A stretch of DNA of 64,000 bases, taken from Burkholderiales bacterium (GTDB taxonomy: Bacteria; Pseudomonadota; Gammaproteobacteria; Burkholderiales; Burkholderiaceae_C). Where the stretch lies: contig JAGWXI010000003.1 in assembly GCA_018969975.1 (NCBI GenBank), positions 902 through 64,901 on the forward strand, written 5' to 3'. A program made the translations under genes and the position numbers. Of this stretch, positions 52,497 through 64,000 are shown in pieces. Each line of letters opens with the position of its first letter. The stretch's first letter is position 1. A model generated the notes under the pieces. The model had not been told where the DNA came from. It did no database searches and saw nothing but the letters and a program-made list of their open reading frames with translations.

Positions 52497-53079
52497 ATTA
52501 CCCGCCTTCTCTATCTGCGTTTACTGCGGTTCACGAACCGGTGTATCTGCGCAATTTGCCCAAGTAGCCCAGCAGGTGGGAAATTGGATTGGTTCACATC
52601 AGGGTCAGTTAGTCTACGGAGGCGGAGAGAATGGGTTGATGGGGTTGGTCGCCAAATCAACTATGCAATCGGGAGGTCGCGTTGTAGGCGTAATACCCAC
52701 TGCGTTGCAATCTAAAGAAAAACCGCTTTTCGATTGTGATGAACTCTACGTCGTAGAAACCATGCATGAGCGCAAACAAATAATGGCTGAGCGCGCTGAT
52801 GCATTTTTAGCCTTGCCAGGTGGTATTGGTACTTTTGAGGAATTTTTTGAAATATGGACCTGGCGTCAACTTGGCTACCATGACAAGCCTATTGGCTTAC
52901 TCAATACGGAAGGTTATTACGATGGCCTGTTGTCTTTCGTGCAAACCAGTGTGGAAAAAGGCTTTTTAAGTGAGTCACAAATGGCTCTTATCAAAACTGG
53001 CAACCATGTTGAGGAACTCTTACGCACCTTGGTGCAAGATGCTGGGTTTAGTCCGCAATCGATTGCCAAGGGGCTTTAA
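52471..53079 (+). CDS. LOG-family nucleotide phosphoribohydrolase (TIGR00730-like)
   Basis: CVYCGS, LVYGGG..GLMG, MHERK, PGGIGTFEE. Confidence 0.92.
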   Translation: MNMQKNLNKLPAFSICVYCGSRTGVSAQFAQVAQQVGNWIGSHQGQLVYGGGENGLMGLVAKSTMQSGGRVVGVIPTALQSKEKPLFDCDELYVVETMHERKQIMAERADAFLALPGGIGTFEEFFEIWTWRQLGYHDKPIGLLNTEGYYDGLLSFVQTSVEKGFLSESQMALIKTGNHVEELLRTLVQDAGFSPQSIAKGL

Positions 53080-53095
53080 TAAGTTTCAGCTTTTT

Positions 53096-55111
<2,016 letters not shown>

Positions 55112-55113
<2 letters not shown>

Positions 55114-56287
55114 GGCAACAGTGAAAACAAAAGTGGATTATGTCACCCGCATCTTCCAAGACCCCTGCGAAATCCCTACACAAGCGTGGGATGGTTTGTG
55201 CGCGCAACAAGATACGCCAACTCCCTTCATGTCGCATGCTTACTTGGCTGCCTTGCATGCAAGCGGCAGCGCCTCGCCTAAAACTGGCTGGAAACCCCAT
55301 TTCATGACGCTTTGGAAAAATGATCAGTTGGTTGCAGCATGTGCTCTGTATTTGAAAAGCCATTCTTATGGCGAATATGTCTTTGACTGGGCCTGGGCCA
55401 ATGCCTACGCAGAGCACGGCCTTGCCTATTACCCGAAGGGCTTGGTAGCTGTTCCCTTTACACCGGTGCCAGGCGATCGCTTGCTAGCCGTAGATGCAGA
55501 TAGCCGTACTTATTTACTCAAATCAGTATTGGATCTTTGTAAAGAGCAAGGACTTTCGTCTCTACATCTGCTTTTTACTAGCTCGCAAGACCGTATCGCT
55601 TGCAATGCACTAGGTTTGATGCAAAGACAAACTGTGCAATTTCATTGGCATAACGCCCAGTTCACCAATTTCGATCATTTTTTGAGCTCTCTTTCTCAAG
55701 AAAAACGTAAAAAGATAAAACAAGAACGTCGACGCGTTCAAGAGGCTGGTGTAAGCTTCGAAGCCCGCATCGGCCCAGAAATTTCCACACAAGAATGGGG
55801 CTTTTTTTATAAATGCTACGAACGCACCTACCTTGAGCACGGTAACGCCCCCTATCTAAGCCGTAGTTTTTTCCAATCTATGCAAAACCACATGGCGCAC
55901 AACTGGGTCTTGTTCATTGCACAGCGGCAGGGTCAGCCTATTGCATGCAGTTTGATTGCAGTGCATGATTTAGGAAGCGATAAAGCTGTGGCCTATGGGC
56001 GCTATTGGGGCGCATTAGAACGCGTGGATTGCCTGCACTTCGAGGCCTGTTACTACCAACCATTAAATTGGTGTATTGACCATAAGGTGTCAACATTTGA
56101 GGGTGGTGCACAGGGCGAGCACAAAATGGCCAGAGCCTTGATGCCAGTTACCACCTACAGCGCACATTGGCTTGCGCATCCCGCCTTTGCAGATGCTGTA
56201 GAACGCTTTTTAGAACGGGAAAGTTCAGGCGTCAACCAATACCTTGAGCACTTAGCTGATCGTTCTCCCTTTAAACAAAGTGCCTGA
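55112..56287 (+). CDS. GNAT/FemAB-like protein (DUF482 family)
   Basis: KSHSYGEYVFDWAWA, PFTPVPG, YGRYWG, LHFEACYYQ, GAQGEHK. Confidence 0.85.
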
Positions 56288-56288
56288 T

Positions 56289-56825
56289 TTATAGGTGCTC
56301 TTTTTGGTAATTGGCAATGCCATCCATGATTTCTCTCTTGGCTGACTCAGGGCCTTCCCAACCGATGATCTTGACCCATTTGCCTTCTTCCAAATCTTTG
56401 TAGTGCTCAAAAAAATGGGCGATGGTTTTTAAGCGTAAGGGGTTGAGGTCTTCTGGTTTTTGCCATTGTGTGTAAATGGATAAGATTTTGTCGATCGGCA
56501 CTGCGAGCACCTTGCCATCTTCACCCGCTTCGTCTTGCATTTTCAAAATACCGATGGGCCGACATGGGACAACCACACCTGGAATCAAAGGCACTGGAGT
56601 AATAACCAAAACGTCAACTGGATCGCCATCACCACTGATAGTTTTGGGAACATAACCATAGTTCGTTGGGTAGTGCATAGACGTACTCATAAAGCGATCG
56701 ACAAAAATAGCGCCTGTCGCCTTGTCGACTTCGTACTTAACTGGATCCGCATTCATGGGAATTTCAATGATGACATTGAATGAATCTGGGGCTTTACTTC
56801 CGGGGGTGACGTTATCAAGTGACAT
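56289..56825 (-). CDS. ppa: Soluble family I inorganic pyrophosphatase
   Basis: [29 protein letters not shown]. Confidence 0.96.
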   Translation of the reverse strand: MSLDNVTPGSKAPDSFNVIIEIPMNADPVKYEVDKATGAIFVDRFMSTSMHYPTNYGYVPKTISGDGDPVDVLVITPVPLIPGVVVPCRPIGILKMQDEAGEDGKVLAVPIDKILSIYTQWQKPEDLNPLRLKTIAHFFEHYKDLEEGKWVKIIGWEGPESAKREIMDGIANYQKEHL

Positions 56826-57033
56826 GGTTGTTTTTTGTTGGTATTTCAAAGACTAGGGAATAACCCGAATTTTACGTTGTTAAAACTTACACAAGCCTTT
56901 ATATGACTTAAAGTCTGCAAGTTGGCCAATCTTGTGACAAGACCCTCTTGTGGCTCGAGGAAGCAATGCAGAGGTGGCATCAGGCAACCCGAGTGACGCC
57001 CAACCTTTAGAGATAGAACATCAAGGAGTTTTT

Positions 57034-59079
57034 ATGTCAAGTAATACTGCGCTTATTTTTGCGCTGGCCTGTGGCCTTATTGCCGTTATTTACGGCTTTT
57101 GGGCACGATCTTCCATTTTGGCTTTGGATTCAGGTAATTCCCGTATGCAAGAAATTGCTGAGGCTATTCAACTTGGAGCTTCTGCCTATCTGGCACGCCA
57201 GTACCGAACCATAGCCATCGTTGGGGTGGTTCTTGCCGTTCTAATTGGCATATTTCTCAACACTACAACTGCTGTAGGCTTTGTTATTGGTGCAGTCTTA
57301 TCTGGTGCTTGCGGCTTCATCGGCATGAACGTTTCTGTCAAAGCCAATGTTCGTACTGCGCAAGCCGCAACACACGGAATTGGTCCTGCATTGGACGTTG
57401 CTTTCAAGGGTGGTGCGATCACCGGCATGTTGGTGGTGGGACTTGGCCTCTTGGGGGTGGGGGGTTTTTATTGGTTCCTAGCCGGTAACGGCAACTACAC
57501 GCCCGATAAAAACCTCGCACACTTGCTCAACCCTTTGATGGGATTGGCATTTGGTTCTTCTTTGATTTCTATTTTTGCCCGTTTGGGCGGTGGCATTTTC
57601 ACCAAGGGCGCTGACGTCGGTGCAGATTTGGTTGGAAAAGTTGAAGCAGGTATTCCCGAAGACGATCCACGCAATCCTGCGGTAATCGCTGACAACGTGG
57701 GAGACAACGTAGGCGACTGTGCTGGTATGGCTGCTGACTTGTTTGAAACTTATGCAGTGACGCTTATCGCCACGATGGTTCTGGGCGCCTTGATGGTGGC
57801 GAGTGCTCCGACCCAAGCAGTTCTCTATCCATTGGTACTGGGTGGTGTATCCATCTTGGCCTCTATCGTCGGTTGCTTCTTTGTCAAAGCTTCTCCAGAT
57901 ATGAAAAATGTGATGCCTGCCCTCTACAAAGGCTTGGCTGTAGCTGGTGTCTTGTCGCTCATCGCCTTTTACTTTGTGACTGTTGCCGTCATGCCCAACG
58001 ACGCATTGGGTGCTGGCACACACATTCGTTTGTGGGGCGCGTGTGCTGTTGGCTTATTGCTGACTGCTGCATTGGTTTGGATTACGGAGTACTACACCGG
58101 TACGCAATACCCACCTGTGCAACACATTGCACAAGCATCCACAACGGGTCACGGCACCAACATCATTGCTGGCTTAGGAGTTTCCATGCGTTCAACTGCA
58201 TGGCCCGTGCTCATGGTGTGCGCAGGTATTTTGTCGGCATACCAACTCGGCGAGTTGTATGGCATTGCTATTGCCGCAACGGCAATGCTCAGCATGGCTG
58301 GCATCGTCGTAGCTTTGGATGCTTATGGTCCTATCACGGACAACGCAGGCGGTATTGCAGAAATGGCTGAATTACCAGCATCCGTCCGAGATGTGACTGA
58401 CCCACTCGATGCTGTAGGTAACACTACAAAGGCCGTGACCAAGGGCTACGCCATTGGTTCTGCCGGACTAGCTGCTCTGGTTTTGTTTGCCGACTTCACC
58501 CATTCGCTAGAAGGACGTGGCCTGAGCGTAGCTTTTAGTTTGAGTGATCCGAAAGTCATTGTGGGCTTATTCATTGGTGGCCTGATACCTTACCTCTTTG
58601 GTGCAATGGCCATGGAGGCCGTGGGCCGCGCAGCTGGTTCTGTGGTGGTAGAAGTACGACGCCAGTTTCAAGATGGTCAAATCATGGCCGGACAACGCAA
58701 ACCTGACTACAGCGCTGCTGTAGACATGCTGACCACTGCAGCAATCAAGGAAATGGTGGTTCCATCACTATTGCCAGTAGTTGTTCCCGTTTTGGTCGGA
58801 CTGATACTCGGCGCGGCAGCCTTGGGCGGTTTATTAATGGGAACTATCGTTACTGGACTATTCGTTGCGATTTCTATGTGTACTGGTGGCGGCGCATGGG
58901 ACAACGCCAAAAAATACATTGAAGATGGACACCATGGCGGCAAGGGTAGCGAAGCACACAAGTCAGCCGTTACCGGTGACACCGTGGGCGATCCGTACAA
59001 AGACACTGCTGGCCCAGCCGTGAATCCTTTAATCAAGATCATCAACATCGTGGCCTTGCTTATCGTTCCGCTTCTCTAG
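57034..59079 (+). CDS. hppA: Membrane-bound H+-translocating pyrophosphatase, K+-independent signature
   Basis: [36 protein letters not shown]; AAGGAG precedes ATG 57034. Confidence 0.95.
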   Translation: MSSNTALIFALACGLIAVIYGFWARSSILALDSGNSRMQEIAEAIQLGASAYLARQYRTIAIVGVVLAVLIGIFLNTTTAVGFVIGAVLSGACGFIGMNVSVKANVRTAQAATHGIGPALDVAFKGGAITGMLVVGLGLLGVGGFYWFLAGNGNYTPDKNLAHLLNPLMGLAFGSSLISIFARLGGGIFTKGADVGADLVGKVEAGIPEDDPRNPAVIADNVGDNVGDCAGMAADLFETYAVTLIATMVLGALMVASAPTQAVLYPLVLGGVSILASIVGCFFVKASPDMKNVMPALYKGLAVAGVLSLIAFYFVTVAVMPNDALGAGTHIRLWGACAVGLLLTAALVWITEYYTGTQYPPVQHIAQASTTGHGTNIIAGLGVSMRSTAWPVLMVCAGILSAYQLGELYGIAIAATAMLSMAGIVVALDAYGPITDNAGGIAEMAELPASVRDVTDPLDAVGNTTKAVTKGYAIGSAGLAALVLFADFTHSLEGRGLSVAFSLSDPKVIVGLFIGGLIPYLFGAMAMEAVGRAAGSVVVEVRRQFQDGQIMAGQRKPDYSAAVDMLTTAAIKEMVVPSLLPVVVPVLVGLILGAAALGGLLMGTIVTGLFVAISMCTGGGAWDNAKKYIEDGHHGGKGSEAHKSAVTGDTVGDPYKDTAGPAVNPLIKIINIVALLIVPLL

Positions 59080-59113
59080 AAATTTTGTAATGTGGGCGTT
59101 TTAGCACTCCGGT

Positions 59114-60238
59114 ATGAAGATAAAGTTAGTTGACCAACGCCTGAATTCCTTGCGTGCTGAAATTCCCCCACTAGATTGGTCTGGTGAATTACTCTCAGAC
59201 CAACTCAAGCGCCCTTTGCATGATTTACGCATTAGCGTGACTGATCGTTGCAATTTTCGATGCAATTACTGCATGCCCAAAGAAGTATTCAACAAGGACT
59301 ACAACTACCTGCCCCATGGAGATCTGCTTAGTTTTGAGGAAATCACCCGACTTGCCAAAGTTTTTGTATCGCTTGGGGTTCGGAAAATTCGCCTCACAGG
59401 TGGAGAACCATTGTTAAGAAAGAATTTAGAAATATTAGTAGCGCAGCTTTCTAAAATTACCACTCCTGATGGCGACAAATTAGACCTCACCCTAACTACC
59501 AACGGTTCTTTACTTTCCAAAAAAGCGCTGCTCCTAAAAGATGCAGGGCTCAACCGAATAACAGTTAGTCTCGATGGATTAGATGATGCAGTCTTCAAAT
59601 CCATGAATGATGTAGATTTTCCAGTGCATGATGTGCTTGATGGAATTGCTGCTGCTCAAAGTGCAGGTATGGATGTCAAAGTCAATATGGTTGTTAAGCG
59701 TCAAACCAATACCAACCAAATCATTCCCATGGCCGAGCACTTTCGTGCAAGCGGTATTACTTTGCGTTTCATTGAGTACATGGATGTAGGCGTTACCAAT
59801 GGATGGAGAATGGATGAAGTTGTTCCTTCTTCTGATGTTTTAGCTTTAATTCGAAGTAATTACCCTTTGGTTCCATTGACTGCAAGTGCTTTTGGTGAAA
59901 CAGCACAACGCTGGGGCTATGCTGATTCTTTTGGTAACTGGGATCGATCCTTGGGTGAAATAGGACTGATCAGCAGCGTGACGCAAGCATTTTGTTCCAC
60001 CTGCACCCGTGCACGCCTGTCCACTGAAGGCAAGTTATACCTGTGTTTATTTGCAAGCCTTGGCTTCGATTTGCGCGAGCTTATTCGCAACGATTGCGCT
60101 AGTGATAGGCAAATAGCTTCATCGATTGCCCATATTTGGGAAAACCGAGTTGACCGCTATTCTCAGTTGCGAACCAACATGTCTGGCGATGAAGGTAAAA
60201 CCGCAAAGCGCGTTGAAATGAGCTACATCGGGGGCTGA
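59114..60238 (+). CDS. moaA: GTP 3',8-cyclase
   Basis: CNFRCNYC radical SAM motif, C-terminal FCSTC..C, ends MSYIGG. Confidence 0.96.
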   Translation: MKIKLVDQRLNSLRAEIPPLDWSGELLSDQLKRPLHDLRISVTDRCNFRCNYCMPKEVFNKDYNYLPHGDLLSFEEITRLAKVFVSLGVRKIRLTGGEPLLRKNLEILVAQLSKITTPDGDKLDLTLTTNGSLLSKKALLLKDAGLNRITVSLDGLDDAVFKSMNDVDFPVHDVLDGIAAAQSAGMDVKVNMVVKRQTNTNQIIPMAEHFRASGITLRFIEYMDVGVTNGWRMDEVVPSSDVLALIRSNYPLVPLTASAFGETAQRWGYADSFGNWDRSLGEIGLISSVTQAFCSTCTRARLSTEGKLYLCLFASLGFDLRELIRNDCASDRQIASSIAHIWENRVDRYSQLRTNMSGDEGKTAKRVEMSYIGG

Positions 60239-60243
60239 CAAGG

Positions 60244-60885
60244 ATGTCCAACTCCATTTCAAGGCAGGACATCACAGGCGTTATCTTGGCCGGCGGACGG
60301 GCAAATCGCATGGGTGGAGTCGACAAAGGTTTACAAAACTTCAACGGTATGGCCTTAGCTTTGCATACCCTGATGCGACTTCAAACACAAGTGCATGATG
60401 TCTTGATCAATGCCAACCGAAACTTATCTGCCTATGAGTCGTTTGGTGCGCCCGTCTGGCCTGATTCAAATTCGGACTTTGCAGGACCTCTTTCTGGCTT
60501 TTTAGTTGGTTTGGAGCGTTGTGAAACACCTTACTTGCTCACAGTTCCATGTGACACCCCGCGCTTTCCTCTAGATCTAGCAATTCGACTGGCCGAGGCA
60601 CTGGAATTGGATCATGCTGATATCGCGATGGCTGCTGGTTTTGAAACAGATAGCCAAGGCAATCGCGTCATCCGCACCCAACCCGTCTTTTGTCTCTTGC
60701 GATCGGAGTTACTAGAGAGCTTGGTGCAGTTCACGCACGGCGGTGGACGCAAGATTGACGCTTGGACAGCCTTACACAAAACATCCATCGTTAACTTTCA
60801 TCAAGCCCATGACGACCCACACGCCTTTGCCAACGCCAACACCCTACAAGAATTGGTTGCACTAGAAGCACTACCGTTGTCATGA
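60244..60885 (+). CDS. mobA: Molybdenum cofactor guanylyltransferase
   Basis: LAGGRANRMGGVDKG, GPLSG, PCDTP, NANT. Confidence 0.93.
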   Translation: MSNSISRQDITGVILAGGRANRMGGVDKGLQNFNGMALALHTLMRLQTQVHDVLINANRNLSAYESFGAPVWPDSNSDFAGPLSGFLVGLERCETPYLLTVPCDTPRFPLDLAIRLAEALELDHADIAMAAGFETDSQGNRVIRTQPVFCLLRSELLESLVQFTHGGGRKIDAWTALHKTSIVNFHQAHDDPHAFANANTLQELVALEALPLS

Positions 60886-62162
60886 AAAGTTTGGATGAGA
60901 TTGCTCTAGCGTTGCAAGGTTTTGATCCGCAAGCCTTGAGTGTTGAAAAAGCCCAAGAATTTATTAAACAACTGGTGCACCCCCCTGTTCCTGCGGCAAC
61001 AGAAGAGCTAGCGCTTATGCAGGCTTTTGGCCGTGTAGTTGCAAAGGACATTGTTTCCCCCATTAACGTTCCTGCCCATGACAACTCTGCTATGGATGGT
61101 TTTGCTTTTGATGGAAAGCAGTTAAAACATGGGTCTTTGCAATTACGCGTAGTCGGTACTGCCTATGCAGGTAAAGCTTGGCAGGGACAGGTAGGTTCAG
61201 GGGAATGCATAAAGATCATGACTGGTGCTGTGATGCCAGATGGCCTAGACACCGTTATTCCGCAAGAACTTACCAAGGTCAGTAACACTCCAAATACGAC
61301 GACTATAGAGATTCCTGCAAACATGCTCCAAGCGGGAGATAACAGACGCAAAGCGGGAGAAGACCTACAACTCGGACTGGCAGCTTTGCATGCTGGAATG
61401 ACACTTACACCTGCTGCAATTGGCTTAGTTGCAAGCCTAGGCATCGAAAAGGTAGAGGTTTATCGCCAACTGCGTGTCGCTTATTTTTCGACGGGCGACG
61501 AAGTGCTTAGCCTAGGCGAAACAATGCGAGAGGGTGCGGTGTTTGACAGCAACCGCTACAGCGTCTTGGGTCTTTTAAACCGATTGGGTTGCACCGTGGT
61601 TGATATGGGCGTCGTGCGTGATGACCCTGTTTTGCTAGAGCGCGCATTCCAACAAGCCGCTGCAAAGGCAGATGTCATCATTACCAGTGGCGGCGTGAGT
61701 GTTGGCGAAGCAGACTTCACCAAATCCATGATGAAAAAACTCGGTGATGTCGCTTTTTGGAAAATTGCAATGCGTCCAGGTCGCCCCATGGCTGTTGGTC
61801 GTTTAGGTAAGGCTATTTTGTTTGGATTGCCAGGAAACCCAGTAGCAGTGATGGTTACGTTTCTAGCCTTTGTCAAACCTGCACTTCTTCAAATGATGGG
61901 AAGCAAAGGTAAGCCAGCGCCTTACTTGAGAGCGCAAAGTGCTGTGGAATTAAGAAAAAAACCTGGCAGAACCGAGTACCAAAGAGGTTTTGTTAGCACG
62001 CTGTCAGACGGAACACTTCAAGTGCGAGCTGCTACCAACCAGGGCTCTGGCGTACTTCGTTCCATGGTGGAAGCTAACGGTCTGATTGTTTTGCACCACC
62101 AGCAGGGTAACGTGGCTGCTGGAGAAGAGGTTGATGTGATGATGTTCGATGGAGTAATTTAG
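60882..62162 (+). CDS. moeA: Molybdopterin molybdotransferase
   Basis: SAMDGFA, IMTGA, STGDE, SGGVSVGEAD, GLPGNP. Confidence 0.95.
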   Translation: MKSLDEIALALQGFDPQALSVEKAQEFIKQLVHPPVPAATEELALMQAFGRVVAKDIVSPINVPAHDNSAMDGFAFDGKQLKHGSLQLRVVGTAYAGKAWQGQVGSGECIKIMTGAVMPDGLDTVIPQELTKVSNTPNTTTIEIPANMLQAGDNRRKAGEDLQLGLAALHAGMTLTPAAIGLVASLGIEKVEVYRQLRVAYFSTGDEVLSLGETMREGAVFDSNRYSVLGLLNRLGCTVVDMGVVRDDPVLLERAFQQAAAKADVIITSGGVSVGEADFTKSMMKKLGDVAFWKIAMRPGRPMAVGRLGKAILFGLPGNPVAVMVTFLAFVKPALLQMMGSKGKPAPYLRAQSAVELRKKPGRTEYQRGFVSTLSDGTLQVRAATNQGSGVLRSMVEANGLIVLHHQQGNVAAGEEVDVMMFDGVI

Positions 62163-64000
62163 GCTCTAACACCAGCATCGTCATGGCGCGTCGTAATGGC
62201 ACCTGGAATAGCTTTACGAGCAAACAAACTGTACATAGTTGGGACCACGAATATCGTGAGCAAAGTGCCAAGGCTCATACCACCCACAATCACCCATCCG
62301 ATTTGTTTACGACTCTCTGCACCGGCTCCCGTAGCCAACGCTAGGGGAATGGCACCCAAGACCATGGCTCCAGTTGTCATCAAAATTGGGCGTAGACGCA
62401 AAGTAGCAGATTCTTTGACCGCCTCTATGACTTCCTTGCCCTCAGCGCGTAACTGATTAGCGAATTCAACAATCAAAATTCCGTGTTTAGTAATTAAACC
62501 GACCAAGGTAATTAATCCAATTTGGCTAAACACATTCAAAGTGCCTCCGCTCAATTGCAAAGCTATCAATGCGCCCACCATAGAGAGTGGGACTGATAAC
62601 AAGATCACCAAGGGATCAATAAAACTCTCGAACTGAGCTGCTAAAACCAAGAAAATAAAAAATAGCGCCAAGACGAAAACAATGAGTAGCGAGCCGGAAG
62701 ACTTAACAAATTCACGGGAAGTTCCATTGAGATCAGTGGAGTAACCAGGCTTGAGAACTTTGGAAGCAGTGGTGTTCATAAAACTAATTGCTTCTCCCAA
62801 AGAATAGTTGGGGGCGATATTGGCTGTAATCGTTGCACTTCTTCTTTGACCGAAGTGATTAAGTTCACGAGGAACCACAACCTCTTTGATACGCACCAAG
62901 GAGGACAAAGGAATCATGGCGTCATTTCGTCCGCGAACAAAAATATGTTCAATATCGTCTGGCGTATCCCTTGCAGAGGGAGAGGTTTGAACCATCACGT
63001 CGTATTGATCACCTTCACGTTTATAGCGGGTAACCAACCTTCCACCCATCATGGTCTCAACTGCACGCGCAATATTGTCAACAGGCACGCCCATATCAGC
63101 GGCGCGTTCACGATCAACATCCATACTGATTTCAGGTTTGTTCAACCTCAAATCTGTATCAACGCTGACGATGCCGGGGTTTTTGGCAATTTCATCCTGA
63201 AAGCTTCTTACAACTTGTGCAAGATTTTGGTAACTATCGGTGGTCAAAATAACGAAATTGAGGGGTCGCTCTCTGAAAGGCTGCCCCAACGAAGGTGGCG
63301 TTACAGGAAAGGCAGTAACGCCAGGTAAGCCGGAAATAGCGGGGGTCATTTCACGCGCAATTTCAAGCGTGCTTTTCTCTCGAAGCTCCCATGGTTTAGC
63401 TCGGTAAAAAACATTACCTTGCGCCACTGTGGGATTTCCCACTACCGTAAATATTCGGTCAAATTCGGTGTACTTGTTGGCCATGCGCTCAATAGTTTGT
63501 GCGTAACGTGTGGTGTAGTCCATGGTGGCGCCGTCTGGGCCATTGATCACTGTCAGAATCACTCCCCGATCTTCTAGAGGAGCCAACTCACTTTTGGTTG
63601 ATTTAAGTAAGGTGTAGGAGGCAATACCAGCTACGACCATCACAGAAACAACCAACCAACGTCTTGATATTTGAAAACCAAGCAATCTACCTGAAGAGAG
63701 CGTCCAACCCAAAAATTGACCATATCGCAAGGAGAGATTTTGTAAAAATCTTTCAATTGTTCTCTCAAACCAAGTGGGCTTATCGTTGTGTTTCAACATC
63801 ACAGAACACATCATGGGGGTGAGCGTCAATGCAACAAATCCAGAGACGATCACAGAGCCCGCCAAGGCCAAAGCGAATTCGGTAAAAAGCTTGCCCGTAC
63901 GTCCCGGCGTAAACGCCAAAGGCGCGTAGACCGCAGCAAGAGTGAGGGTCATAGCAACTACGGCAAAACCGACTTCACGCGCACCACGAATAGCAGCGTG
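62159..64000 (-). CDS. RND efflux permease (AcrB/AcrD/AcrF family), C-terminal part
   Basis: AMTLTLAAVYAP, LAAQFES, GLITKHGILIVEFAN, RLRPILMT; frame open to the window end. Confidence 0.93.
   Translation of the reverse strand, partial: HAAIRGAREVGFAVVAMTLTLAAVYAPLAFTPGRTGKLFTEFALALAGSVIVSGFVALTLTPMMCSVMLKHNDKPTWFERTIERFLQNLSLRYGQFLGWTLSSGRLLGFQISRRWLVVSVMVVAGIASYTLLKSTKSELAPLEDRGVILTVINGPDGATMDYTTRYAQTIERMANKYTEFDRIFTVVGNPTVAQGNVFYRAKPWELREKSTLEIAREMTPAISGLPGVTAFPVTPPSLGQPFRERPLNFVILTTDSYQNLAQVVRSFQDEIAKNPGIVSVDTDLRLNKPEISMDVDRERAADMGVPVDNIARAVETMMGGRLVTRYKREGDQYDVMVQTSPSARDTPDDIEHIFVRGRNDAMIPLSSLVRIKEVVVPRELNHFGQRRSATITANIAPNYSLGEAISFMNTTASKVLKPGYSTDLNGTSREFVKSSGSLLIVFVLALFFIFLVLAAQFESFIDPLVILLSVPLSMVGALIALQLSGGTLNVFSQIGLITLVGLITKHGILIVEFANQLRAEGKEVIEAVKESATLRLRPILMTTGAMVLGAIPLALATGAGAESRKQIGWVIVGGMSLGTLLTIFVVPTMYSLFARKAIPGAITTRHDDAGVRA

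Overview
Chromosomal window from a betaproteobacterium. Gene content and order point to Burkholderiales/Comamonadaceae, and the moderate GC would fit a Limnohabitans-like freshwater lineage (taxon is inference). Most of it is housekeeping: rimP-nusA-infB-rbfA-truB-typA, yejABEF, fabI, a PLP amino-acid decarboxylase, aat/bpt, pbpG, ilvIH-ilvC-pssA-leuA, an ECF sigma module, glnB-nadE, ppa/hppA, moaA-mobA-moeA, a partial RND pump and three tRNAs (Arg-TCT, Pro-TGG, Ser-GGA). Two accessory regions stand out. (1) A ~14.7 kb cluster right after tRNA-Ser (24432-39147) reads as a hybrid nicotinamide/nicotinate catabolic system. It has a nicotinamidase with a Tat-like leader, a LIV-type ABC importer, a NicAB-type Mo-hydroxylase fused to a tri-haem cytochrome c, and the reductive enzymes 6-hydroxynicotinate reductase and enamidase. 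It also has three uncharacterised partners: an ApbE-like UPF0280 protein and two DUF1185 paralogues, which are candidates for a flavin-maturation step and for the missing downstream step. (2) The first ~1.9 kb encodes a lipoprotein missed by the ORF track and two tandem secreted paralogues that share a six-cysteine domain I do not recognise. Regulatory elements missing from the ORF track include a leuA leader-peptide attenuator, a rimP leader terminator and a terminator between tRNA-Pro and tRNA-Arg. No CRISPR array, integrase or transposase was seen. Functional calls come from motif recognition by eye; no searches were run.
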